Shown in pieces: positions 23,363 through 37,059 of a stretch of 39,148 nucleotides of DNA. The translations under genes and the position numbers were made by a program. Source of the DNA: Octopus bimaculoides (Eukaryota); assembly GCF_001194135.2 (NCBI RefSeq), contig NC_068995.1:16102547-16141694 (forward strand), written 5' to 3'. A model generated the notes under the pieces. It had not been told where the DNA came from. It saw nothing but the letters and a program-made list of their open reading frames with translations, and made no database searches. Position 1 is the stretch's first letter, and each line of letters begins with the position of its first letter.

Positions 23363-23956
23363 TTTCTTTATTACCCATAAAGGACTATACAAAACATAAG
23401 GGCAGTACAAAACGCAAACATAAAATCGGGGTAATTAAAATAAAATGATAATATGCAAGAATGAAAAAAATTAGGCGCAATGTCCACTCGATCCCCGAAG
23501 TCGGGTGGTTACATTTATCCAGTTTTTCACTTTTACGTTCAACGTCATGTAAACATTTTAACGGTTTTGTAACTCAAAAAATTCAAACACTTGCGTTACC
23601 TTTCTCCCATTAACCATTGTTACTTCCGTCCTTATCAACTGCAAATAGTCAGTTCTAGTGGGTGGTATCTCCACCAATCATACCCGTTTCGTTATTATAT
23701 TTTCACCAAGTTCTTCTATGCTCTCCCAGCAGCTTTCCTTACATATCAAAATGCATTTCTCAGCACGTTTCTCTGATATTTTCACTCTTATTATTTCCTC
23801 CAACCTCTCGACTTCTCTCTCCATCTGCTCGCAATTCTCGTACTTTATCAAAACCCCCTTGTATTTCACATGTTTATCCGTTCTCTTCTCCTCTTCTTGT
23901 ACATTATTAGTTTCTGGCTTTTCTATCTCTTTTTTGTTTTCTGTTGACCGTTCCTT

Positions 23957-24397
23957 TCATTTATTTTTCCTTCGCTTTTTAGGGTTAGTAGCTCCATTTT
24001 CGTTCTTCTCCTTTGTTTTCTCTGTTTCACACTTCTGTCTCTCTTTTATTTCCTCAGTGTGGTCTACAATGTTTTCCTCCTCTGCTTGTGCTTTCTCTTG
24101 CTGTGGCTGTGTGAACTCATATAGGGGGCATTTGGTCTTCATATGACCTCTTTCCCCGCATATGTAGCAATTTGGTTTCCTTCCCTCGACTACAACATTT
24201 AACATTCTCTCATCCTCCACTTCTATCTGGTAGGGAATTCTTTCTATGTCCCGCTTCTTCTGAATAACTAAATCTATAGTCGAAGACGTTCCAATCGTAC
24301 CCCTCCAGTTACACTCAGGATCACTGTGTCTCATGTGTTCTTTCCATGTTATGTCGTGTTTGTTTGGTTTTATGTGTTTGAGGGAGTAGAGAGTCAT
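23957..24397 (-). mobile_element. Gag-like ORF1 remnant of a non-LTR retrotransposon (probably L1/Tx1-like)
   Basis: CCHC zinc knuckle VVVEGRKPNCYICGERGHMKTKCP followed by an E/K-rich tail; related frameshifted coding-like sequence continues towards about 23600. Confidence 0.65.
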
Positions 24398-25836
24398 TTG
24401 AGGGAAGTTTGGCTACTGTTTCTAAAAGGTTGATTAGGTACATAAATACACCCATATTAAATTTCTCGTAAACCTCTAGGTTTTTGGTTTAGATTACAAA
24501 GAAATTTGGTACGCTGTACCATAGAGTTGCTGTTCATTAGCAAGTATTTATTTCTTAACTTTAACTTTTCGGCCTATATAATACACTACCTGTTTATAGT
24601 TTTTTGTTCTGCTTTCTTTTTTTATGTGTTCTAAACAAGGCACATAAATTAACACTTAGTGACATCATCGTATGAGAGGAATGGTTTATAGCTGTATTGA
24701 TTCTTCGACACCAACTAACTTAGCAGTAACGGAAGCAATAACAACAACTATTATAATAAAACATCAGTAACCTCAATGTCAACAACAGCAACAACTAGAG
24801 TAGTAGCTACGTCAACACCACCACCAACAACAACAACAACAACGACAATAACAGCAACAACAACAAGAACATTAACAGCTGAAACATATAAAATTCTTTT
24901 TCATCTGAAGTAAGCATCTCAATGTGTTGAATGTTTTTGACAATATCAGAACAATTTCTAATGAATACGTCAACTTTATATGCATTAAAGTTTATTTTAA
25001 ATGCATTTGTGATAAAGTTTTGCTTCATTCTATACAACCATGAATCACAACTCCATCTAATGTGTTCCAGTTCGATAAAAGTTACTTTAAATAAAAGGCC
25101 TACAATTGTCAAACTAAGTACATTTTCTGATTCTTACATTGCAATATAGAGTTATTTGTTGTTTTTTTTTTCCTTCTCTCACAGAATAGCTTCGTAACTT
25201 CTTAGTATGTCTTATCAGTGACCTTTCATTACACAACAGTTGGTCGCCTTTAAATGTACTAGAAATCTTCTGGCAGCGAGATAATAAAGTTTATCACAAT
25301 TTCATTCACTAAATATTCTCTATGATGTAACCTTCACCTGTCAGGCATATTTTATATAAAACTCTTTTATGCTCCAGTCATGAAAAGCCTTTATATAAGA
25401 TAATTTTACTTTTAAAACATACACAACGACATATCCATTAAAACACACACATACACAACTACACGCAAACACACAGAATTGCAACAGTTCACTCACAGTA
25501 TTTTCAATTATCGCGTATCTAAGAAATACATGTTTACATATATCTAGGTCAGATATACATAAACATGCACACAAATGCACAATATATGTTCATATAGATA
25601 ACCACATTTTGATATCTGCATATAAACATATCCAAGCAGACATATATCTCCACCCAACGGCAGAAACCCATACAAAATCACAAATAGCACATGCATGTAT
25701 GTATGCGAATGAGGGATATGCATATGTGTATGTATTCTGCTTATATTTGAATATATTGTCCTCTTATTTGCGTTTTTGTACACTGCCTCACAAACATACG
25801 TGTATATATACACGCATGCATATATACATGCATACA

Positions 25837-25872
<36 letters not shown>

Positions 25873-27401
25873 CATGCATACATACATACATACATACATG
25901 TATACATACATACATACATGCATAAATATATGCATGCATACATATATACAAATATACATGCATACATGCACAAGTATATACACACGCGTGCGTGCACACA
26001 TATTCACACTCCTCCCACCAGACACTGATTTTTCCAAACGCTAAAAATACATATATATTTATGTATGCAGTCATAAAATGTCTGAAACTAATTGCGTAAT
26101 TTTAATTGTTGCCTGTTTGTCGTTTGGAGAAATTAATCAAAAGGAGGAGGAGAGTAAAAAGGGATGAGTGCAGAGAGAGGAACTAGAGGAGTATGTGACG
26201 GGTGTAGAATGATAAAGACGGTAAGATTAGAATGTATAGTTTCAAAGATGAGAGTTAATTATGAACCTTTTATATCAGTATAACATTTTGTGATGTATAA
26301 TACACATATCAGTATATATGTACGCAGCAGATAATACGAATAAAGGGGCAAGACCAGTCATTGTAAGGGTAAATTACCTTTAGAAAACGACTATGATGTA
26401 AATAAGTAGCTAACAGTCTAGTATTCTATAAAGGTTAGACAAATATGATTCTAGTATCTACAAAAAACTTTTAGTTTGAAAATTCTGTTTAAGATATATA
26501 CCAGGAATCGTAAAAAACAAAATTCTAGCTTTTCAATGAAACATAAATAAAACAATCTTGAATGTTTTTCGTATGCTTTCGCATGTTTCAAAGTTTTCCA
26601 ACTGACGTTGAAATTTATGGTTCGTGGGAGTCAAATATATCTCACTAAAATTCTACATTTTCTGTATGTTTATTTGTTATAAGCTCTGTCACTCTAAAAC
26701 ATGGGACATAAAAACGTTGGCATTGTATTTGAATAGTGTATGCAAAATTGGGAATATTGGACATTCTTAGGATAATCTTCAACAAAAACATGGTAAGGTT
26801 ATTTACAGTGAGATAGCTAACTTTAAACGTGTTATGTTTGTTAATATTCCGTAGAAATGATTTTTGATAATTTTGAATATTACGGAAGCATGTGTTTTGT
26901 CGATTCCAAATTTTCTGGCGAGGCAGTTCTTTATTTCTTGAGTAAAAGGAGCATTATAAAATGGCATTTTACGAAAATTAAAATCCATTGTTGTTGTAAA
27001 ATACATGCATACATACATACATATATACATACGTGCATATATACATACATACGTTCGTCATACATGCATACGTACATGCATGTATACATGTATGTATATG
27101 TGGATATATCCATGTACATTTATATAATAAGAGTCTTACGAAGCAAGGTCGAATAAAATATAATCGTGTACCCTCGGATATGGGAACCAAGTGCATCCTC
27201 GGACATCTTTCACCACAAAAATACTCCTACGAGAAAATTTTCTTCACAGATGAATGTTTCGAAACACATTGGGCTTTGGTTGTGGTCATTGGCTCGTTAG
27301 AAATGCGGCAATCATTACTCACAACGCGCAATTAGTCAGCAAGCACCCGTAATTCTCAAGGTTTTGGTAGACGAAAACTGAAAAGGGGCCTGTCATATAT
27401 G

Positions 27402-27441
<40 letters not shown>

Positions 27442-27659
27442 AATATATAAAAACAAAAGGATAAAGAGAGCAAAGATAAGGTTGAAGAATTTTATGGATA
27501 GAGTCTTACAGCTGTTTCTGGGAAGATCCAGTACTTCCCTTCATCGGAGACAGAAAAAATGAAGTTATCTATTATTATATCCATAGGCGGATATTTTTAG
27601 TATGAAGTGGTAAAGAGTGTGATGTGCTGNNNNNNNNNNTATATATATATATATATATA

Positions 27660-27857
27660 TATGTCTGTGTATATGTGTGCGTGTGTAAGTGCGTGCGTGT
27701 GTGTGTGCCTTTTGTGTCAGTGTATGTTCTCTACCAGCGCTTTACAACCGGTTTTGGAATGTTTACGTCCCTACAATTTAACAGTTTGGCCAAAGGAACC
27801 GATAGAATAAGTACCATGCTTAAAAAGATAGTACTGGGTCGATTCATTCGGCCCTAA
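27660..27857 (+). mobile_element. Family-A SINE 3' half (middle part probably at 27362-27400)
   Basis: tttacaaccggttttggaatgtttacgtccc...gaaccgatagaataagtacc...gtactgggtcgattcattcg; the upstream piece reads ttttggtagacgaaaactgaaaag. Confidence 0.6.
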
Positions 27858-28811
27858 CGTGGCCGCATATTATTATTTTGAAAGAAAGGATCATACAACC
27901 AATAACTTAAATTTAATTTCTGTGAAATGTATTTAGGAAATAATATGTTGAACGGATTCTGGCCAATAGTATATGAAATAAATTATAAATTGCATCTTGT
28001 GTGTATTCAAGGCTTACAGTTTAGAATCCTTTATAAGAAAACTCTGCGTCTGATAGCCATTCGATGCTAAACGATTGCATTTAAAGACAGTGCATAGCTT
28101 CTTGTCGCCATTCCAGTGAATATAGTCTGGAACGGGTTTTGGCGAAGCTTATTGGGTTTCATTGAAGTGAATAAATTAGAACCAAATCTAGCGCATTTGC
28201 TTCTCATGACAACGTTGGCTGCAGTCTCCCATTCCTTTTGCTTTTGTATATAACCTCACAGAAATCCACCGACATACACATGCACATTAATTAGCTAACA
28301 CATTCCTATAACAGACACTTAGATAAAATAATATAATGTAATGAGATCTGCCACTCTCGAAAATAATATATATAATAAAATTAATTTCACATAGAATCGT
28401 AGACATAAACGTTGCCTGTAGTTTCTCCTCAATTCCAACCAACGAGTACCTTTTTATTGGATATTTATGTACACATGTATATGATGGAGAAATTTAGTGC
28501 AATAGACTATTTCGATTGTATTAAATGGATATTAAGGTCATAAAATTGTTTAATAGTTGAACATGCCGTTAATATTTATTGCACTTTCTAATAAGACATT
28601 TTGTTAACTCTACCAGTGCCAAACTTTTAATTTGCTGTTTACTTATTTCATATTCACACAAACATGAACAAACGGGTGACCTATTTTTATGGAATTGAAA
28701 TGAAGTGCCTTTCAAGTAATTTATCAAAATCAAGTACATCACGTAATATATTCTATACTGAGGCTTATAATATATGTACACTATAGCATATATGTGTGTG
28801 TGTATGTATAT

Positions 28812-28885
<74 letters not shown>

Positions 28886-29500
28886 GGGAGAATATACAAA
28901 AAATAACAACAGACGAGGACAGGTGGTGTAAATAACAAAAGTATATATTAGTATGACGCTCGGGAATNNNNNNNNNNTATATATGCATGGTTTTATCCTC
29001 CTGCTGCCGCCACTACTACTACTGCTACTACCAGTAGTAATAATAAGAATAAGAATAAGAATAAGAATAAGAAGAATAACAATAACAATAACAACAACAA
29101 CACTACCAACTATGAAGTGACTGATATAATGAGATGTAATGTAATAAACAGTTCTCTAGATTATATAATTTGTGAAAACGTTAATGCTGTTTATGAAATG
29201 AGTGAGTGGGAAATTCATTTCGGAAAGCCCTATATATAAGTTTTCGAGTATATACTTAATGCAAAACCTTGAGAGCTCATGTGAGACCATTATGGCTCTC
29301 AGGTTGTTTCAGTAAATATATCCTATGTAGCTTCTCTGTCAATTTGTTCAAATCATGCAACCGATAGTGTTCTACTATGAAAAAAAAAAGGCTTGAAGAA
29401 TATATGTCTACTGCGATCTAAATGTTTACGAATAATTAAATTCGAAAGTCTATGATAGCTTAGTGTTCTTTGAATATCCTTATCATAGACTGAGTAAAGT

Positions 29501-29714
29501 TGGTGAGCTGGAGGAATCGTTAGCACACCTGGCGAAATGCTTAGCGGTATTTCGTATGTCTTCATGTTCTGAGTTCAAATTCTGCCAAAGTCGACTTTCC
29601 CTTTCATCCTTTCGGGGTTGATAAATTAAGTACCAGTGAAACACTGGGGCTGATGTAATCGACTATTAGCCGCCCCACAAATTTATTGTCTTGTTCCTAT
29701 AGTAGAAAGGATTA
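29501..29714 (+). mobile_element. Family-B SINE
   Basis: gagctggaggaatcgttagcacacctggcgaaatgcttagcggtatttcg, gagttcaaattc, cctttcatcctttcggggttgataaattaagtaccag; tail cctatagtagaaaggattat. Confidence 0.87.
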
Positions 29715-30019
29715 TCACAGCTTGAGTTTGGAGAAGAAAATTCATGAAATAGGTAGCTCACGTCGATTGCAGCTACGTCGATGTGGAAGAAACGTATATA
29801 TGCAAATACAATACCCGTTAAATATGAACGCAAGTTACAACGTCTGTTGTCATCCGCATCACAAAAATAGTAATTGTGAAACATAGACGAATTATGATCT
29901 ATAAACAAATTATTAGTAATATCGTCTCTGGATAGATACATAAAAGATGGCTTTCTGTAAATAATCACTCTGCCGCACAAATGGTAATCAGTATTTTTGT
30001 GGTCAATATTTGTCACCCC

Positions 30020-30233
30020 GAAGGCGGCTAACCTGCAAAATCGTTACTAAACTGGGCAAATAAGGCTTAGCGGCATCTCGTCCGTTATTATGTTCCACGT
30101 TCAAATTTTCCCGAGGTCAACTGAGCTTTTCATTCTTTAGGTGTCAATAAAATAAGTACCAGTTGAACACTGGGGTCGATGTACTCGACCATTCCTCTCC
30201 CAAAATTGCTGGACTTGTGTCAAAATGTGAAAC
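30020..30233 (+). mobile_element. Family-B SINE with TSD
   Basis: Family-B body; 16-bp duplication caatatt(t/c)gtcacccc (30004-30019, 30234-30249). Confidence 0.85.
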
Positions 30234-31392
30234 CAATATTCGTCACCCCTATATAGATTTGAGCTTAACATACACTGCATTCTCGAATAGGTATGCGAAG
30301 TGAGGGAAAAATTACAAATGTAGGAGCAGTAGAAATATGTTTGAAAGATAGTTGAATTCGTAAATGCCTCCCACTTCAGTATGTCGCAGAGGAAAAACTC
30401 TTGCTTAAGTCAAAGAGATGTCAAAACACCATAGTTATTACAGGGTGCTTCGTACTGGCCCGATGGATGCATTTCGCACTCGTTAGTTTATTTCCGCATC
30501 AGATATAATAGATTTTTAGCAGCATCGCTTCTTTATCAAGCACATTTTTCAAGCAATCGGAGAAGATCTTAGTTTGGGCCGACACAAAAAATTTATTGCG
30601 GAACGAACTGAAGATCAACGACTGCTTTACTTCACCACTTTGTGAAAGCTTGCAAATATAATGGACGCTGTGTCGGTGTATCTCAGGCAACATGGTTAGA
30701 GTATAATAAGACGAGGGTAACGCCGTTAGTAGGAGAGGTTAGAAAGGTAAAGGAGGAGGGTGAAATAAAATGAAATAAAATAAAATATAGATTTATTTTA
30801 TTCCAGGCTCCGCCTTTACCCTCCAAACCCCTTCCACCAAACAGCGTTAGCCTGTTATCTTACTATAATGGACACTAAATAAAAGCTGATAAGTATATAT
30901 CTACTGCTACTACCTCTAATTCCTTATTTACTTAATGAGATTCAATTACAATAATAAGATTAATGGTGTTTTGTTTGTGCGCTTTGCAGTAGGTCACGAA
31001 GGCTCGTGGAAATATTGTTATAATTGATAAAATCGTCGACGCAGTATTTAAACTTTAAACTCATTGTAATTTCATTAATTATTTTAAGCATGTTGTATGT
31101 GTGTGCTGGTTTTGGTGTCTATTTTGCTATTTAGTAAAGGTTCTACAGTTAATCAGCTCATCTGTTACTTTATTAAATCCAATGCAATTACGAACAATAG
31201 CTTGGCGTGTTGGGCTTGCTGTGCCATAGGTCGCAAAGAATCATAAGAATAAAAATATAACTGATAAAATCGTCAAAGCCTGCTTTAAAAGCCTATTCAA
31301 TGGTTAAGTTCTAGTAGATTTCATTGTTTATTTTAGTTTAATATATCTAAGTGCTGATATTACTTAAGCATTTTATTATTGTAAAGTTTCCC

Positions 31393-31585
31393 AAGGAGGC
31401 GTGCTGGAAGGATCGTTAGCACCCCGGTCCACGTTCTGAGTTCAAATTCCACCGAGGTCGACTTTGCTTTACATCCCTTTCGGGCCCGATAAAATGAGTA
31501 CCAGTTGAGCAATGGAGTCGTTGTAATCGACTTACCTACTGACCGAAAATTGCTGGCCCTGTACCAAAATGTGAAACCATAGTTA
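31393..31585 (+). mobile_element. Family-B SINE with internal deletion and TSD
   Basis: Lacks the gcgaaatgcttagcggtatttcgt segment; duplication taaagtttcc (31382-31391, 31586-31595). Confidence 0.85.
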
Positions 31586-31984
31586 TAAAGTTTCCATAAT
31601 GATCTAATTTACTTCTGCGAGCATTATGAGGTTAATGATCTCATTTACTTCTGGAACCAATTAAACTCATTTATATTAATTGTTGTATTTCTACAAGTTC
31701 AACAATCAAAGCAAGAAACAGATTTGATTCTCTGATATGAATATTTAATATCACACATATAATTTTTACTATGGACATATAGCTAGTTATGTCGGGGGAT
31801 GCTACAGTTAATTAAAGTGATTCGCACTGCATTATGGGTACTACTTGGTATGAATATCGAAAAGAAGAAAGGAAAATCAATTCAAGCGGAATTTGAAATA
31901 AGAAAGTAAAGAGAGGACATAGCTAAATAAATTCGATGAGGTATTTTGTTCGTTGCATCAATGATTCTGCGGCATTCAGCATAT

Positions 31985-32196
31985 TGGTTTCAAATTTTGG
32001 CACTTACCCTCTCTTCAGTAATTTCTGGGAAGGCGATAAGTCGTTTACATCGACCCTAGTGCTCAACGGGTACTTATTTTATCGACACAGAACGGATGAA
32101 AGGCAAAGTCAACGTCGGCGGAATTTGAACTCTGTAAGTACGGACGAAACACTGCTAAATATTTTGCTTGGCGTGCCTATCGTTTCTGCCTTAAGA
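31985..32196 (-). mobile_element. Family-B SINE with TSD
   Basis: Reverse-complement family-B match; duplication cggcattca(gc/tg)atat (31970-31984, 32197-32211). Confidence 0.85.
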
Positions 32197-32605
32197 CGGC
32201 ATTCATGATATAACACAAAATAATTTCCAATATTGGTGGTGCTCCAGCGTGACCGCAACTACATGGTTGAAACGAATTAAAGAAACAAAGGAAATATATG
32301 CAAAGCCTATATTTTGGAGCAGATATTAGTGCAATCTCTTATTGACATTAGTATATAAGTGATATTTTTTATTGATATCGTAAGAGGGGTGGGGGTAAAG
32401 TCAAGTTCAGCGGGACATGGTCTCACAATGTAAAGGGACATAAGTTTTCCTTTCTTTGCTCTTATCTTGAGTGAAGTGTCTGCTTCATCAATATGATGTC
32501 GTGTTATCACACCTGTTGTTGGTGTTGTATTGTCGGGTGGGAATTCGGTTAAAAAAGCAGGGAGAGAGAGGTGAAGAGAAAGGGGCAGACCAAGAAAGAG
32601 AGAGC

Positions 32606-32734
<129 letters not shown>

Positions 32735-33367
32735 AAGAAGAGTCGATCCTATCACTGTCACCCTAGAGATTGTTTTATTATTTATCAAGTCCAAAATAAT
32801 GAAAGACAAATTTGACCTCGAAGAGGTTTGATCTCAGAGGGTCGGTACAGATGCTGTAACAACTCTAAAGTAACTAAATACCGCAGTTAATATTAATATT
32901 TTTCAGCAAATCCAACACCCTTATGATATTACATATATTGAACCTTGAGTATTTCGAAGACACGTAAATTCTACGTCTCACACACGTAGCTGTACAAAAG
33001 AACCATCCTTAGTAAAATAAGGAGTGGCAGGAAGCGTGATCGGTTTATATATATATTGATTTAGATATGCTTATTTGCCATACCTTCTCGTGTACTATAT
33101 TGTACTCTTATCTACTATGTGCTTCTCTCATGATGAATAAGACAAGTACAGTGAAGTCTATGCTACGCCAAGGACAGCTAATAAGGTTGAAATGTGCTTG
33201 AAATTGTCTCCCTTATTTGCAGAAATCTTGAAGATAGTCTTAGCTATTGAGAAATGTCATTTTCTCAGAACATAATAAATCTAAATACTCGCATCATTAG
33301 ATACGTTAACACTAACTTAGCTAAGTTGTTTAGAGCGTAACAAGGGACATTAAAATACTCTCTCACT

Positions 33368-33789
33368 GTTTACTCTTTTACTCTTTTACTTGTTTCAGTC
33401 ACTTGACTGCGGCCATGCTGGAGCACCGCCTTTAGTCAAGCAAATCAACCCCGGGACTTATTATTTGTAAGCCTAGTACTTATTCTATCGGTCTCTTTTT
33501 GCCGAATCGCTATATTACGGGGACGTAAACACACCAGCATCGGTTGTCAAGCGATGTTGGGTGCGGGTGGGGGGACAAACACAGACACATACACACACAT
33601 ACATATATATATACATACATATATACGACGAGCTTCTTTCAGTTTCCGTCTACCAAATCCACTCACAAGGCTTTGCTCGGCCCGAGGCTATAGTAGAAGA
33701 GACTTGCCCATGGTGCCACGCAGTGGGACTGAACTCGGAACCATGTCGTTGGTAAGCAAGCTACTTACCCCACAGCCACTCCTGCGCCT
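33368..33789 (-). mobile_element. Family-A SINE, full length
   Basis: Reverse complement runs from aggcgcaggagtggctgtgggg (A-box-like) and gagttcagtccc (B-box-like) to the (gagtaaaa)n tail. Confidence 0.92.
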
Positions 33790-33844
33790 ATTACCCACAA
33801 TATAGACTAAAAAAGAATGAAGCCAATGAAGAAGTATTTCACTT

Positions 33845-35096
33845 GTAGCTTGACCAGCTAGAAACAGTCAAATAAGTAAAAGTACACATTGAATAATGTA
33901 GTCCGTGATACCTTACGTCTGAAAACAACACGTGTTCGTTACGGCAGCAGATCTTCTGATCACAGCAGCATCAACAACTAAAGAATATATCTTTCTACAA
34001 ATGTCTGTATAAGGTATAAATAGCTTTTGAAATAATGTGAGACAGAGAAAGTGGATGTTATTCAGCGAAACGTTCTAGACTTTGAACATGAAATATTTGA
34101 AGTTTTGGCAGATGATAGTTGCTTGAACGTAAGCTAACTGATGTTTCAGTTGAAGTGTCTACAAAGGTGTTAGTATTGTTGTTGTAGTTTAGCCCAAGGT
34201 CAGTCCCGATAAGATAGAGACTTATGAACAAGTTGTAATCATCCTGTCATTTGTTCAGTCATGGTCTCTTTAAGTCTATATTACGTTAACTTCTGTTTTT
34301 ACAAATGTCGGCAGGGTATGAATTAAAAGAGAATTCTGTCTGCTAATTCGACTGCGTTTAGCAATCATGTAGAGGCTCTTTCGTTTATCTGTCGTTGCTG
34401 TTGTAGTGGTGGTTGCGATTATTATTATTGTTGTTAGTGTTTTTGATACTCTTGTAATTATTATTGATGATGTTGTTTAACCAAAGGTCAACATTGACTG
34501 AGCAGAAATATAATCAAACGTATTTCATTCGTGCAAATCACACTTTTTCCTTAAGAACCCACGTTACTTAACATCTCCTGTTTTTAAGGCCACAAGGTGT
34601 GAATTGAAGGAGATTTGATCGTTATCTCTAACAGTCGTACAACCACCTTGATGCTCTCTCATTGTCACGACGCTGATGTTGTTAGCGATCGTGTATATCA
34701 TGGAGCAGTTGTTCAGTAGATCCAGGCTAGTCCGTCCTAACTCAAGCGAACATATAGTGGATGCTGTTATCAATTAAATATATGTTTGTGATGATGTTCT
34801 TTTTTAAACCTCCGGTCTCATCTCATCAACCCGTAACCATCCTGTATTTTATACTGACAAGGATATATATTTTTGAAGAAGCGTGAGAAATTTAAGAAAG
34901 TTTGGCTGCTATTTCTAGCAGGTTGAGAGTCTACATAGTGACGCCGTGTTGGTTCGTATTCCTTTCGTTTCTATAGCTGTTGGTATAGATTTCATTGCGT
35001 CCTAATTCCTGATCGAGACGTAGGATTGTAGTCATGACACGGTGTGCCCTGAGCGTGTAATCCATCTCCTCAGTCCAGATTTCATCACGATCGATA

Positions 35097-35164
<68 letters not shown>

Positions 35165-35660
35165 NNNNNNNNNNNNNNNNNNNNNNNNNNNNNNNNAGGG
35201 GGGGGGACAGAAAGCAGGGGAGGTAGAAATAGAGGGAGAAAGTGTGAGAGCGTCTATGAGCAAAAGCAATAGTTATACTTTAAACAAATATTGATTTCAA
35301 TTTGTGGCTCATGTCCAGTAAATCCAGAGGAAGGAGTAAGTCAATTACATCGGCCCCAGTGCTCAACGGGTACCTATTTAATCGCTCTACGACAGATGAA
35401 GCGCAAAGTCGACCTCGGCGGAATTTGAACTCAGAACGTAAATACGGACGAAACACCGAAATGAAAGAAATTGAAAACTGTGTTGTAGCCAAGTGAATAA
35501 CTATCCAAAAACCCATACATAGTTTCAGCGTTTGCAGCATCGAGTCAAAGACGACTGGACCTTTAAGTGATTGCACGACCAGCTAATGATATCCTCCATT
35601 TTTAAAGAATTAACACCCTTCCGTCTAAGAAAAAGAAAAACTCATTTGACTATGTTGCGG
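33845..35660. repeat. Cluster of diverged family-C repeat copies
   Basis: Three same-orientation copies (about 34190-34380, 34477-34670, 34800-34940) share ttta.cc.aaggtca, gtaa.catcctgt and gatttggctgctatttctagcag-like blocks. Opposite-orientation pieces at about 33845-33930 and 35575-35660 (gaccagcta...). Confidence 0.5.
35320..35460 (-). mobile_element. Family-B SINE, partial
   Basis: aaagtcgacctcggcggaatttgaactcagaacgtaaatacggacgaaacaccg on the plus strand. Confidence 0.8.
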
Positions 35661-36026
35661 TAGATGTAAAGAAAAATCTACGACATGGTTATGGCTGGGA
35701 CGTCATTCATTAGAAGTTTGTTCAATCTGAGCTGATTTAAAGCTAAACAATAGGTGTTACTCTTGAATTCAACATTCGCAATAATATCTCGAACTTTGGA
35801 TGGCTGCGATTCCTTTCTTGAGAAAGCAATATGAATAGAATAGAAGTAGGCGAACTGGGCAAACTGTTCTGCCGTATTTCGTCCACCATAAAGGCGGACT
35901 GAGTTCAAATTTCTGTCATAGCCATCTCGATTTTTTTCAAAAATGGCTTAAACTAGACTGCATTATCCAGTATCTCAATTTCTAAGGCTCTAGGTTGGGA
36001 TTTGAGAGTTGTTTAGATGGTATTCC

Positions 36027-36655
36027 AGGCATGTCTGTGAAGTAAGAAGCTTGCTTCCCAGCCACATGGTTCCAGGTTCAGTCCCGCTGCGTGGCACCTT
36101 CGGCAAGTGTTTTCTACTATTGCCGCCCAAAGCCTTGTGAGTGGATTTGGTGGATGGAAACTGAAAGAAGCCTGTCGTATNNNNNNNNNNNNNNNNNNNN
36201 NNNNNNNNNNNNNNNNNNNNNNNNNNNNNNNNNNNNNNNNNNNNNNNNNNNNNNNNNNNNNNNNNNNNNNNNNNNNNNNNNNNNNNNNNNNNNNNNNNNN
36301 NNNNNNNNNNNNNNNNNNNNNNNNNNNNNNNNNNNNNNNNNNNNNNNNNNNNNNNNNNNNNNNNNNNNNNNNNNNNNNNNNNNNNNNNNNNNNNNNNNNN
36401 NNNNNNNNNNNNNNNNNNNNNNNNNNNNNNNNNNNNNNNNNNNNNNNNNNNNNNNNNNNNNNNNNNNNNNNNNNNNNNNNNNNNNNNNNNNNNNNNNNNN
36501 NNNNNNNNNNNNNNNNNNNNNNNNNNNNNNNNNNNNNNNNNNNNNNNNNNNNNNNNNNNNNNNNNNNNNNNNNNNNNNNNNNNNNNNNNNNNNNNNNNNN
36601 NNNNNNNNNNNNNNNNNNNNNNNNNNNNNNNNNNNNNNNNNNNNNNNNNNNNNNN

Positions 36656-36713
<58 letters not shown>

Positions 36714-36925
36714 GTGTGTGCGCGTGTCTTTGTGCCTGTGTTTGTCCCCCAACCATCGCTTGACGGCCGATGCTGGTGTATTTCCATGCCAGTAAATAAG
36801 CGGTTCGGTAAAAGAGACCTATAGAATAAATATTAGGCTTATAAAGAATAAGATCTGGGGGCGATTTCTTCAACTAAAAGTCTTTAAGGTGGTGATCAAG
36901 CATGGCCTCAGTTAAATGATGGAAG
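36027..36925 (+). mobile_element. Family-A SINE with an assembly gap in its central microsatellite
   Basis: Head and middle before the N run (cacatggttccaggttcagtccc...gaaagaagcctgtcgtat); 3' half after the (TG)n tract. Confidence 0.85.
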
Positions 36926-37059
36926 CGTAGAACTGTTTGCTTAGGTTAAGCAGTTGTCAATGATCCATGTCTTTGTCGCAGTTTCGATTCCCACGTAACA
37001 CTACATCATCTACAGCTAAATCTTACAACAAAAGTGAAAAATTAAGTAAAGAGCAAGTA

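Noticed and set aside
28886-28967. Short complex sequence between (TA)n and a gap that looks like a dispersed repeat
   Set aside because: Cut by an N gap and has no second copy in the window to support it.
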